From Tubiluchus corallicola (Eukaryota > Animalia > Priapulida): DNA of 64,000 bases. The notes beneath the pieces were generated by a model that was not told the origin of the DNA, did no database searches, and saw nothing but the letters and a program-made list of their open reading frames with translations. The translations under genes and the position numbers were made by a program. Numbering within the stretch: the stretch's first letter is position 1; every line of letters starts with the position of its first letter. The DNA is taken from contig JAQGDQ010000119.1 of NCBI GenBank assembly GCA_030141605.1, forward strand, positions 173,652-237,651, given 5' to 3'. Positions 45,336-57,899 of the stretch are shown piece by piece.

Positions 45336-47032
45336 ATACACACACACACATATATATATATTATATAAATAACACATCACAACATTATATCTATATATAT
45401 ATATATATATATACTTCGCTGGTTACCACCTATTCTCATACATCATGATATAATAATGTAGGTGTAATGTGTTATTTACATGTTTACACTAACTACCCTC
45501 TGGAAATGAACCAGACCAATTAATGAGCTAAATGCTTAAACACGTGTGCCACGAATGCAATGATTATTTCTTTCAAAATTTACTCAATGTTATCTAAACT
45601 TGTTTCAAATGACCTGTCGTAAAAATGACCTGCGTCTTAACGGTCATCGAGGGAGTTTAAATTTACAAATTTTATACAGCGTTATTGCCGAGGCAAGTCC
45701 AATATGCAAAACAGCGGTATGTAAGTGGTATAAAATTTCAAGACGAATTTTTTAAGCTTTATGTAACTGGTGCTTTAACGTATGATTATTAATATCAAGA
45801 CTTTAACAACTACAACTCTAAGTTGCTTGCCGTATTTCTCGCTAAATGCGTAGTAGATGTATGAGTTCAGGAGCTCAGTGGATGTTAAATGGATAATAGT
45901 CGCTTCCAGTTTTAACTACACGCTCGTGGTCAGAAATATCATATCTTTTCTTACAAAAACTTAAATGTTTTCAAAGTTACATGGTACCAGACGGTGGGCT
46001 ACATTTCCCACCGTTTTGCAGAAATAATGTTACGGCGTCCTTGCGTGATCGAGTCAGGTAGCAAGGCAATGTGGGTCAACTCTGGTACCCAAATGTCTCG
46101 CGCCCAAACGACCGCGCACTTTTTCAGATCGATGAAAACACAAGAAATGACTTCTAACACCAAAATTGAGAAAAAGCTCGGCAATTTTTTTCGTACGGTA
46201 CCAAAAGTAATCGAACATAGTTGAAGCACTAAAATTAACTTTCCTGGGACAAATATGAATCTGAAACGTGGAAGTTAACACTATTACATAGACAAGGTAT
46301 TCACACTAACGGTAATCACAAGCGTAATGATGGAAACAAGCGCAGGCCTATACAAAAAAGTCCGGATTATTAACTTTAACCTATCTTACTTAAATACAGA
46401 TGTTTGAACAAGATCATTAACTCGTTGACACAAGAATTGCAACGTTTGAACAAGTTTTCACAATTAGGTTAAGAACATTTGCAGAACGATGTTTTCTTAA
46501 AACTTCTGCTGTTCAAATAATATTAATAAACTTGCTATAAGAGCTGTACCAATAAGCAATGCACAATTTGTACATAGAGGCGTAACCGCGTATTAAAAGT
46601 CTTATATAGGACTATTAAAAGTCTTATTAAAAGTAAATTTAGTGATTTAACATTACTGCATTTAGTATTCCGTTTGATTTTAATTGATTGCCATATGTTA
46701 TCTTATTAATACTTGAACGTTCCATTCACTTTGGTACTTGCTTGTTGGCATAAACATAAAGCAAGGATTTTAATGGGTTATGAGGAACTACAAATGTGAA
46801 ATCATTTGAAAATATTTATTAATTCGAATGCAGACAACAGAGAAATATTATTCTTATTTAATACGGCCAATATAGATAACTAAAAGAAATTCTGAGAAAG
46901 TGAAATCATTGCATAATTCTTATTCAATAGAAGCAATATAAAAATGTAAATGAAAAAATTCTGAAACTTATTATTTAATGCAAACAATACAGAAAATAAA
47001 CTAAAAATTTATATAGGCTGGAGAGCAAAACG

Positions 47033-47046
47033 GTAACCATAGCAAC
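47033..47046. promoter_or_regulatory. RFX X-box consensus match GTAACCATAGCAAC
   Basis: Fits GTNRCC(N0-3)RGYAAC exactly; function unproven. Confidence 0.35.
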
Positions 47047-48921
47047 TGAACAAGTTCCAAGCACATTAGTTTTGCCCAAACTACTGGCAACACTAGTTTC
47101 CTCGTTATTTGGGTTATTTTCATCAAGAGAATCTGAGAAAAGAAAGTTTAATTACTTATAAAGTTACAACTAAGAACCGTAAGAAAGTAGTGAAAATATA
47201 TTTTATTACAAATTTTGAAAATGAGCTAAATACGGGACATTTGGGTGACCCTGAAAGATCAGTACGGGACGGGGGCAAAATTGTCAAATATGGGACATGT
47301 CCCGTATATATTGTGAGGGACGTCTGGCAACCATATTAAAGACGTATAATAGTAGACCACGCTGCAAACACACAACAAACAGTTTTGGCAAAGCGTACTA
47401 CAAATACTACTTACGATAACATTCAACACATGAAAACAATTAAAAATGGATGATGAATAAAAAGGTAAACTACAAAAAGGATTGCCAGGTCAATAAACTT
47501 CAAATGAATTTATTTCAATTATTCCTTTCCAGGGTCCATTTTATGGGCCTTGTCCTACTGTCACTTTCAAATAACACTCGACAAGTTCAAAATTCAGTTT
47601 GGAGAAAAAATATTCTAAAAACATATATCTCTAAACTGAACTGTATATTGATAATGAAAGTGGCAAAATTAAAAATAGAATTTGACTCAGTATGTAAAAG
47701 GTAAAATTAATGTGAATCGAGTAATTAAGGAATATTAAACAGGGAAATCAAAACACACACACACACATAATTATAGTTATAAAAATTTCATTACGTTTGA
47801 TTAGGAGTTAATTTGTGAAAGAGAAAAATGAACTGACTTACCTAAGTAAACATCATTTTGACAAATTTTATGTCCAAACAATGCAAAAAGTCAGGTAAAA
47901 CAGATTACCCACAATTTTATTATGACAAAACAAAAAAAACTGTTCCGAAATTAGGAAAATTTTAGTGCACATTCATTTGAAAGTACGTCTTATTGTGATT
48001 TTCAAGTAAAATCTGAACTGTTTTAGTGTTAAAAATCCGAAAATCTACCGTTTACAATTCTTTACAGTGGATCAAATTTCAAGAAACTATGTCGCAAACT
48101 TTGCTCAATTCATTTCATTTGTTTCATATACCTGTTTTACAAACTATTGAAATCACTGTTTTCCAATTAACGTCAGTTTACGAAATCTTCTCACATCTGC
48201 TTATTTATATTATAATATATGATTAATAAAAAATAGCTACAATATTCAAAACAGATAACCCACAATTTCATTATGACAAAACAAAAAATTTTGTCAAAGT
48301 TATGTGGAACACTGTTTACCTGAGAATGTTTAATTATAAAAGAAATGAGTGTTAGATTGCTTTATTACTTCTGTAATACGATGTCACTGAACTACCCGAT
48401 TTAAGAGAACTTAAATTCTATAAAAGCCCTATAAATTCTATAAATTTTATATCTCACCCAGATGGCTATACTGTTAGAGTCGTCTATGAAATTATAAGCC
48501 TGGTCAATCGGTTTGGATAAAATATAAAACACCGCTGAACTTGTCTTGTAGTAACGTAAAACATTTAATAGAAAATGAATTTTATAAGGAACTAAACATC
48601 AGAAACCTTCTGTAAAATAACAAATTTGTATATACTGTAATTTGTTTTAGATGTAAATTTGAATATATTGTATTGTACTTTTATAGTATTTTATTGTAAC
48701 TTTTATGACGTACTGTATGTTTGATATGAAATAAAGGGTCATATTATATTATGTATGTACTTTAATACATGTTTTTTCTTCTATTAGTGATGTGCTATAT
48801 AGCACTACAATTATTATTTTGTTTTCTGACTACTCTGGGAAATCATCTTTCTGCTCTGTAGAAAGATTACACCGGTACTTACTGATGCAGATATTTACAT
48901 CAGCAGATGTTGTGTTTCCAG

Positions 48922-49318
48922 TAGGGGGTAAGCATTGAACGTTCGAGTTCGAACATTTGAATCAAATCAATGGTTTTTTTAGTTCGGATTCCTCGATTCG
49001 AACCCAAAATTATAGATTTGAATAATTCAGAACTTGAGCCACATACCTTCTTTATCATTAAAATATTTGAAACAGCATGCAATTAGCACAATTTCGCTGC
49101 AGTTTCTGCGCAAGATTTTTAACAAACTAATTGTGGTTTTACTGCACAACAAAATCAACTAATATGCATGATCTTTGTAAGACCATATCTGACTAGTGAA
49201 CATGCACGATCTTTGTAAGACCATATCTGACTAGTGGTTCGAAAACTTGTTCGAAATCTCTCAAACTCAATTCGAATTCGATTTGAATTCGCTTTCTGGA
49301 AGAGTATGCTTACCCCTA
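48922..49318 (+). mobile_element. hAT MITE family A copy
   Basis: TAGGGGG...CCCCTA termini, perfect TSD GTTTCCAG, and an internal ~38-bp tandem duplication (atgcatgatctttgtaagaccatatctgactagtg). Confidence 0.9.
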
Positions 49319-50247
49319 GTTTCCAGGTATGTGAGAAATGATATCTACAAATCTCTGCCCCACTGTTGGGGAACCCCTTCAGTGTTTTATTCATATAAAA
49401 AGTTTATTTGATAAAATTTGTGTAATTGTTCAGATTTCGGGTCACATTATTAATTAATTCAGAAACACTTGTGAAGCGTAAGGAAAATTTGAGCTACACA
49501 TGTTAGTTGCCATAATTTAATATGTAATAAGTTGTTGGCTAAGTATGAACTGCTTACATAGCTAGCGTAAAATGGACTTTCTGTTTATTTACAATATGCC
49601 TCAAGTATTTTGCACAAAATAATCTTTAGTTGTACAGAACAACACTTACTGTGTTTTACATAGTTACATAAATTGTCTGAGTACATTTAAATATAGTAAA
49701 GTCTTAAATCAGTTGAAATGCCCAAACAACTTGTGGCAGGTTACACTTTCTTGGTATAAGCTGGTGACAAATTAACCTAAAGCATGTCTTCTTTGGGTCA
49801 AGTGCATAAAACAGTAAAAGACTGCAAGTATCTCTTTTGTACAGCTGAAGAAGAGCTGCCTTACATTTCCATGTTCCAATAAATTGTGATCAAAATCTAT
49901 TAAACCCATTTAGTTGCATGTGAGGCACAAGGATCAATTAACTTAACTCTTGCTTAATATAACAAAATAACATATGAAACTACTAATATTCGGCTTATAA
50001 AAGCATCCATGATTGAATATCAGTGAGGATCGCTTCAAAGCATAGAAGATCATTTATTAACAGTGCATTCACAATCTACCAAAATGTTCATATTCTACCA
50101 ACATGCATAATCTACCAACGTGTTCATTACCACAATGTTCATATTCTACCAGCATGTTCCATAACCTAGTCTTCATAACAAAGTATCAGCAGGTTCATAA
50201 ATAAAAATTCAAAACAGTAACAGGACAACAATTTTCTGCAATCCTCA

Positions 50248-53200
50248 TCATATGATAATTTCCGTATCGCCTAAATCTTCATCCGTGGGCAAGTAAATCT
50301 GATCTACCGGTACTAAGTCTGGATCTATTAATGGTTTTCCCTCTGCTTCTCTTTGAGCGAGTTGCAAATAAGCCTCCCTCACTCCCCAATCTCTTAACCT
50401 GAAATAAAATACGCAATCTTCGCTCATGATATTTTATGATAATTTTTTCCTGTAATACATAATAAGCAAAGATTGACTAGTGGGTCAGGTAACTTTTATA
50501 CGGGGTGGTAAGTATCATTTTGCTAACGGGACAGAAGCAGCAAATAACAATAGTAAACAGAATAACAATAACAAAACAATACAGAATAATTTATTACATC
50601 AAAGTGTTGCTGAAACAATAGAGAACCTTTCCAGTCCTTAAAAGCCTATATAAACCCAACAGATGCTGAAGTAGTTTTTCTAACAGATTATTATGATTAA
50701 ACAAAGAATTAATAGTTATTTTTACACAAAAGAAACTTATAAATCAAATAACTTACATTTTTCTGAATTTCGAACGCTTGCATTGCCGTAAATATCGCCA
50801 TGCTTTGCATTTCTGGCGCAAATGAGCGAGAATAACATACGTAGTACAGAAAGCTTAATTGATTACTGATCTTTGGCGACCTCATGACTGTACTCATTGT
50901 CTCATTTGTCTTGTACAACGATAATGGCGGTTCTTTAAATTTAATACTGGTAGAAACAAAGCGATAAAAAATCAAAAGAAACAAGTTTTTCAGCAAAATT
51001 GTAATAAAATAAATTGCATATTTGTAATGAGAGCAGGATTTTAATATGTAAAAGCTTATATTATAGTAAGAGTTGAGTTTGACTTTAAAGGAAAACTGGA
51101 CGATTGTGTAAATATTAGTTCAGAATAAATAATACTCTAAAATATTGAAAACTACAACAGCTTTTTTAAATTAAAGCGTTGGCTTGTGACGTAAGCAATA
51201 GCTGTGTTCAGTTGCTGTTAATTAACTTTTAAGTTAATTATTCAAATGTAAGGAACAATTGTTAACTTTTATAGGCAAGAAAATGTATATTTTGGACAGT
51301 AAATTAAAATGAGATGGAGTCTAAACAGTCGTCACGTTTTCCTTTAATTTGTAGTGTGGAAGCCTCTAGCTATAGGTTTACAATCTTGACGGTAACGAAG
51401 TAGCAACTGACAAATTCAACATCAGATCTTGCAAATATTCCGCAAGCTTCTTCACTGAATACTGATCAAGAGCATGTTCTTATATCATCTTACCATCCAC
51501 TCTGTTTTTCAGGATAGTTCCAATATGTCTGACGGGGTCGAGGTCCGGCAAATTTCCAGGCGATTCAGTTCCACGGAAAAGATTAATCGCACAGTATTCA
51601 GTCGCTGCTCCGGTTATACACTTAAGATTGCAGGCAGTGTGATACGCACAAAGCCATCTAAATTCTGATAGCACAATAAATTCTCTATTGCTTTAGCAAT
51701 ACTATAATGAAATAAATTCATTAAATTATTCTTCTTTATTACTCACGGTTTTGTATCCCCCCCCCCATGGAAAGTAAACATAACACCCACCAGCAGGCAC
51801 TCTGTATTATCTTTGTAAATCAAATGTATACACATTTATTCGTTCTAACCATAGTTCTCTATGACGTTACGTTACGTTATAACCAGTCAGTATTGCTCTA
51901 TGTGCAAGATTGTGGGTTCAGCACACAGCAGGAGTACCGCACAAGGTAAACAGGATTCAATCTCGCATGAAATTTTAAAGGAAAAGACGATTTTTCATAT
52001 CCTACCCCAATTTGAAAAATGGCAAAAAGTACAGATTTCAAGACCTAGAATAATGCCAAAAAGTTTTTGGTAATTAGATAATAGGTTAAAAACATAATCA
52101 ACGGCAGGCGAGCTCAACTAGTGATGATATCGCAATTGAACGTTATTTTCAACAGCACAAATATTTCGCGAGCATATTGCATGTGTTTGCAAAAGTGAAA
52201 ATTAAAGTATAGTGCTACTATACAACGTTCATGTTGACGTATAAAAATTTGGTAAATTTTAATTAAAATTAAAATTAAAATTCCAAGTTTGCCACTGTAT
52301 ACGCGCATAAGCTCTCCAACGTGTGCATCACATCACAAATGCACACCTCTGAACTGAGAGGTACAGTACCTGTTTTTGCGCAATGCGTTTCCGAGATGCA
52401 GATGCTGATGCCCGTCTAACTAGCAAATGGTGAAACGCATGTACGGCGAAGAATTATTGGCACCAATGTGTTCACATATCACAATTCCGTGGTAATAATT
52501 AATTCTTTCACTTCAGACATCCTTGAAAAATAGCATGTTCCCTTTCAATATTTTATGGGGTATGTTTTCAGCTACACTTTAAGATGTGGTCTGGCTCTTA
52601 AGCAAAATGAAAAAAGAAAAATTAAGTATCAAACTATGGAGATTAAACCTGTTACAATCATTTCAACTAGCAGCCTTATGCATATTTTTGGTAAACTAAA
52701 TAAATGCGGAAAGAGAAGCACATAACTATACGCGAACTTACTTAAAATCGGGGATGTAATAGATAACAAACGACCCACAAACAAGACAGAGAGTCACAGA
52801 TGAGAGCATTATTCCAATGTGTTCATATCGGTCTTGCTTCTCGTCTTCAAAATTGTAACCATAACTGATCCAATTCTGTAACAAAAACAATTATATGGGA
52901 TAAAACCAATATAGCGATATATAATACATTATTTACCGTAAAATGGATTACAATAAAATCACAATCCTCAGTGTTAAAACTAATTAGTGATTATTAAAAC
53001 ACTGCTAAAGGCAAATGCGCCCAGTGCAAAGCTATAAACTACTGTGCATAAAACTAGAAACAACTAGAAATACACATTTACATACATAGATGCAATAGAT
53101 AAAATATACAATATAAGTAAAGTACATAATAAACGTAAGACGAACTTTACATTAATTTATTTCAATATACATATAATACATAATACAATACATAGGCATA

Positions 53201-54489
53201 ATATGATAAGCAAAATACATAATAACAAAGACTAAATTTACATCGATATACATCAAGAAACACATTACATTCATATATAATACATAAAAGAAATTAATTG
53301 TAGATTACCGTATTAATTTATGAACGTGTTGTGAACTTATAATAAAGAATAGCCAGAAATCAGTCTTAGTGATTAGTAGGGGCGAGCATCGAATGTTCGA
53401 ATTGGATTTGAACGAGTTTTTTTGTTCTAATTCCATTTGAGCCTAAAACCATAGATTCGAATAATTCAGCACTTCAATCATATACGTTCTTTATCATTAA
53501 AATGATTGAAACGTCATGCAATTAGCACAATTTAGCTAGGATTTCTGTGCACAATTTTTTGTAATTTTACTGTAGAACAAAATTGATTAATACGCATGAT
53601 CTTTGTAAGACTAATTTTTACTGGTGGTTCAAAAACTTGTCCGAAAATCTTTCAATCTCAATTCAAACTCGATTCGCAATACTGAAGTTCAGGTCGATTC
53701 GAATTTGAAAGTCACAAATTCGATTTGAATTCAATTTTTGGTAGAGAAAGCTCTTCCCCAGTGTGTAGTTTTGAAACATGTTTGATTTTGAATAATATTC
53801 TACTTTGACGTTTTATAGTAACATGCAACCACATAAGAAGTGCATACATGGTATATTCAGTATACAATAGGCAAACTTACAGTAAAGAACAAACTTTCTT
53901 CATTTACTTAACTAGTACTAGTAGTACTACTCGTACTAGTACTATGTATTAGTAGCAGTACTAGTAGTAGTATAGCTTTGAATACAGTGCTCACTACTAG
54001 TTCATATTACAGACTTTTTATAGAGTTCCATTGACTGTCTTAGTACGTATATATAAGTTTTTAAAACGTACTTAGCCTTCGCCAGTCATTTGCAAATTAA
54101 TTAATTAAATAAAATTACTATTACTAAGTTACTGGTCATCCATCTACTAGTATATGTTCCTTTACTTTAACACATTTTCACTTTTTGAGGTGAGAAAACC
54201 AATAGCCAATGAACATAAATCATAATAAAATCTAAACCAAAGGTGAAGTTTAAAACAAAAAAGAACATTTTTTTATCAAATTCACCTTTCTTGGGGGCAA
54301 AGATTCTGACGTTGACTCTTCTTTTTTAGTCACACGCTCCTGCAAAGCATCAGCAGTAGCAGTTACATCCTTGTGTTTTTTTGAAGTAGATATTGCTCTA
54401 CCTTGAAATGACGAGTTTAAGGCATTTTTGTCTTTAAGCAAAAAACTGCCTAAACGTTGAAACCTTAACGCAAAAATTCTCGACGCCAT
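50248..54489 (-). CDS. NDUFB11: NADH dehydrogenase (ubiquinone) 1 beta subcomplex subunit 11 (ESSS), 3 exons, 162 aa
   Basis: Exons 54286-54489, 52742-52875 and 50248-50398 (GT-AG, in phase). The protein has a basic mitochondrial presequence, NWISYGYNFEDEKQDR, one transmembrane helix, then YYIPDFKLRDWGVREAYLQLAQREAEGKPLIDPDLVP...LPTDEDLG, which is the typical ESSS signature. Confidence 0.92.
50498..51700 (-). mobile_element. Tc1-family transposon remnant (transposase C-terminus and right end)
   Basis: SPGNLPDLDPVRHIGTILKNRV corresponds to the degenerate WPxNSPDLNPIENLW motif; a frameshifted SLPSRL...RGFHT tail follows; TA|CGGGGTG TIR-like end at about 50499. Interrupted by MITE family D. Confidence 0.65.
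51089..51343 (-). mobile_element. Kolobok-like MITE family D, internally deleted copy
   Basis: Both TTAA-flanked ends are present; the central part is missing. Confidence 0.8.
51979..52598 (-). mobile_element. MITE family E copy
   Basis: Reverse-complement similarity to 3500-4097; TTAA flanks. Confidence 0.72.
53377..53760 (+). mobile_element. hAT MITE family A copy (NDUFB11 intron 1)
   Basis: TAGGGGCGAGCAT left end; homologous body; degenerate TSD gtgattag/gtgtgtag. Confidence 0.82.
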
Positions 54490-56544
54490 AACAGAGAGCT
54501 AGTAAATTGAGCCGTCGATCAGAAAAAAGTCAAAATTTAATTCATTCCTATTTTATTACACTACAGTTAATTGACACAACGCTATAGCAATGGTGTCGAA
54601 ACGTGTTAACACACATACAAAGTACGTTCGGCATCAATGCAGATGGACTACATTACTACCTTCTCAAAATACATGTGTATTTCGCTATGTCTTGTTGTCG
54701 TAATTTAAAATATTTTACTATGTAATTATGTTTGTCATATTTTTTGCGTATAAGCGGACGAAACCAGCCATTAAACGATTAACTAATAACAGAAGCAGTG
54801 TTCGTCCACCCCCTAAGTTGTTCTTGAGGGGCTGATAATACTGCTGAGCTGCTGCATTATGTACCGGGGTGACCATTAAGCGCGCAGTACACAATAACGA
54901 GAACATTTACTAATTAAATCTAAATTAGCTTCAATTAAATTAACTACCATCCACGTCACATCATATACATTCACCATTCATTGAACCCAGCATGTGTAGC
55001 ATGATTTATAAGGTCACACTGAAACCACACTAGTTTATAAAACAATCTAGTCAAAGAGTAGAAAGTAATAAAAAACGCTGTACTTAGTTATAGTCACCTT
55101 AAAATACAATGTAAGTGAAAAATACAGTAAGTAAAATCACACTAAAGTAGAAATAGAACATTATTAAATAAAAATAAAGTAAAATCATACTGGAGCAAAA
55201 TTATTTGTATAAATCTACCCTAATGAATATTCTAGTTGCCTAAGGTAGCATGAGGCTGACCTGTTTAAAACTTGCCTGAATGAAGCAAGTCTGTTCTGAA
55301 GTCGTTTTGCCTTGATTGTTGTTAATTAAGTGTTACATATTGTGCACAATACCAAACAATAGGGGTTGCAAAAGGATTTACTTTATTATTTTTTATATTT
55401 TTGTTTATTTTGTTGTCTCCAATTTATAACAATTCTAATTAATTTACAGTAGTATCAATGTTAATTGCAACGCATCCTGTAACAAAAGCAAGCTGCTTAA
55501 ATGCTAACGGCGCTGACTTATACTTCAACCAATGTTTTATGAGTGAGGGGTGGATCCTCGGTGACCATACCGTTTTTCTCTACCTCGTATCTCTCTCTAA
55601 CCACTTAGCTGTTACTCGCAATTTGTTATAATTATATTGTAGTTTCAGGAGATAAATATATAAATAAAAAAATCAAATATGCATGTTGCTGAGGAAATCA
55701 GAAATAGCGCTGCTAATTTTACAAAAAACATGTGATTGTAATCCTAGCTTGCAAGATGTGTCACATACTTCACTTATTATCAAATAAAAACACCAACACA
55801 CTACTAAATACAGCAGCCTCAAAAAAATTTGAAAACTGAAAAAAATAAATGCCATCGTGTCCAGCGTTATTGGGCGACCAGTTTAATGCTATCACTAAAA
55901 TAGCAGCGAGTGCAGCACAGACATTGCATGATCATCATGGCACAATATGGTGCAACATTTTCTCGTAACATTCTCGCCATTTATGTGGTCATAACGGATT
56001 CTCTTAAAGGTAGATGCTCCATGTGACATCATCACGAAAAACTTAAAAAAACAATTAAAATATACTTTGCTAATATAATTATTCGAGACGAGCTGTAAAA
56101 ATGATAAACTAATCACACTTAGAAACCATCCTTTTATATTGCCGACAATTTAAAATACCATATTTTTTATTTTACAATTTAGCAATTGACGAACTAAAAC
56201 AAAAAAATAACAGACAAGTCTAGTTATAGTCTTTAATCATGTAAAATTATACATACTAGCCAAACACCGCAAAAAGAATTTTGCGCATAAACAATGAAGG
56301 TATTCCATATGTGAAATGGTTATGGAGTATTCCATATATGATGCAAGCCCGCTACCGGGTTCAGACACGTGACAGAAACGATAGCGTTGGTGCCTTCGCG
56401 TAAGGTGCAGTGCAATCGTTTTTGTAGAAACCTCGTCTGTCGTCGCCAAATCTATCTGACTAATCACATACTCGGCTCATTGATCGTCATTGGTGCGACA
56501 GATTCGAAACACATGTGAATGCACCCTTAGGTTTAGTACCAGTG

Positions 56545-57627
56545 TTAGCTGCACGTATAGTTGAACATTTGCATATCCAACTGATATCTTTGGCACAGTT
56601 TTTCTGTCACGTTTCGTGGTAACTCGTTAAAGTAGCTCCAAAATGGTGGCCAAGTCTGCCGCTCCAGCGGTTTATCAGACTCCGCTTTGTGGGGAAACCG
56701 CACAACATCTGCAATCCCTAGTTGATTTATCACATGGTCCGCATCAGTCTGTATTGTCTCATATTTTCCTATAAAATCAAAATGCACTTGACACGGATTG
56801 CACAATTCGGCTTGGGAAGCCCAGTGTTCATTCACAGGATAAGGTCTCTTCTCCAACATCGATTCTGGTTGCAACAGTAAATCCGCGAATCCTGCAAAAG
56901 TGTCTCCATCTACAGTGCGACCACCTTTTTTCCTCAGTCGTTTCTTGTACATGTCCAATATGTACTTGTAATCTCTATAATTAGTTGCCCAACCTGACTG
57001 GACCTTGTCCCTAAACGAGGACACCGCCCTGTCCAGTGGATGTCTCACGAATATCAGCTTGTAGTAGTTCCTCAACATCTCTTTGCGTTTGGTTTCCGGA
57101 TACTGCCCCAGGCGGGGTATGGCCATGTTGTGCGCTTTAACCTGTCGAATGTCCATGACGTCATCAATGGACCTGTTGGCTAAAACTTCAAAAATTCGCT
57201 TCCAGTTTGTCGTTCCAGCCTTGGGAACCGCACAGTAGATGAACTTGTATTCATCATTCACAAACAGATGTTGCAGTTGTCTCTTGTTCAGCTTCTGCTG
57301 TTTCACTTTTGCACAGGCGTTTTCCACATCTTTTTGCCTCCCCTTGTGCATCTCCTTCAAACTTGGCCGGTGATTGGAAGCGTTCTGTTTAGCAGGCGGA
57401 ATAAATCCGCCATCTTTCTTATCCTCTTCTATGCTCCTTGCTTCTGAATTATTTGCATTATCGTTTCCAACAAAAGCAGTACGTTTTCCACCTATAAGCG
57501 AGACTGATTTTTCGTCAGTGTAATGAGTGTATTCTTCAATAAAATTTGCTAGTAGAAGAGAGATAATCAAAATGACTCCAATCCCTTTGCATACTCTGAA
57601 AATGTAACGGCTCGAAATGAACAACAT
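56545..57627 (-). CDS. Carbohydrate sulfotransferase (HNK-1 ST / CHST8-14 family, Sulfotransfer_2), CHST11-like Golgi type II membrane protein
   Basis: 360-aa intronless ORF with an N-terminal transmembrane segment, 5'-PSB motif YCAVPKAGTTNWK, 3'-PB motif FVRHPLDRAVSSFRDK, NEHW...CNPC..FDFIGKYET and C-terminal YQLDMQMFNY. A likely 5'UTR splice acceptor lies at 57738-57739. Confidence 0.93.
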   Translation of the reverse strand: MLFISSRYIFRVCKGIGVILIISLLLANFIEEYTHYTDEKSVSLIGGKRTAFVGNDNANNSEARSIEEDKKDGGFIPPAKQNASNHRPSLKEMHKGRQKDVENACAKVKQQKLNKRQLQHLFVNDEYKFIYCAVPKAGTTNWKRIFEVLANRSIDDVMDIRQVKAHNMAIPRLGQYPETKRKEMLRNYYKLIFVRHPLDRAVSSFRDKVQSGWATNYRDYKYILDMYKKRLRKKGGRTVDGDTFAGFADLLLQPESMLEKRPYPVNEHWASQAELCNPCQVHFDFIGKYETIQTDADHVINQLGIADVVRFPHKAESDKPLERQTWPPFWSYFNELPRNVTEKLCQRYQLDMQMFNYTCS

Positions 57628-57899
57628 GATGGCATCTGCGTACGTTCAGTAATGACGTCGTCAGTATCTGTTAACATTCTGACCAGTCCCAATTAATAAT
57701 AACCTCCCAACACGCTGCACTGCAAGTTTTATGAAATCTGCAAAAAATGGTAGACATATTACCGTTAAAATTCGATGTTAAACCAAACAACTACCTTGCA
57801 AACGTTTGTGTGAAAAATTTTGCTAGGTTTCTAGTTCGTTTTTCTTTGAGTAACTAAAATACACGGATTAATTGATTCATACACTGTACTGTACCTGTA

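Noticed and set aside
45980-46281. Three overlapping ~76-aa ORFs in a GC-richer patch
   Set aside because: No recognisable domain or splice structure; short inverted repeats (ggtaccaga/tctggtacc) suggest a repeat fragment.
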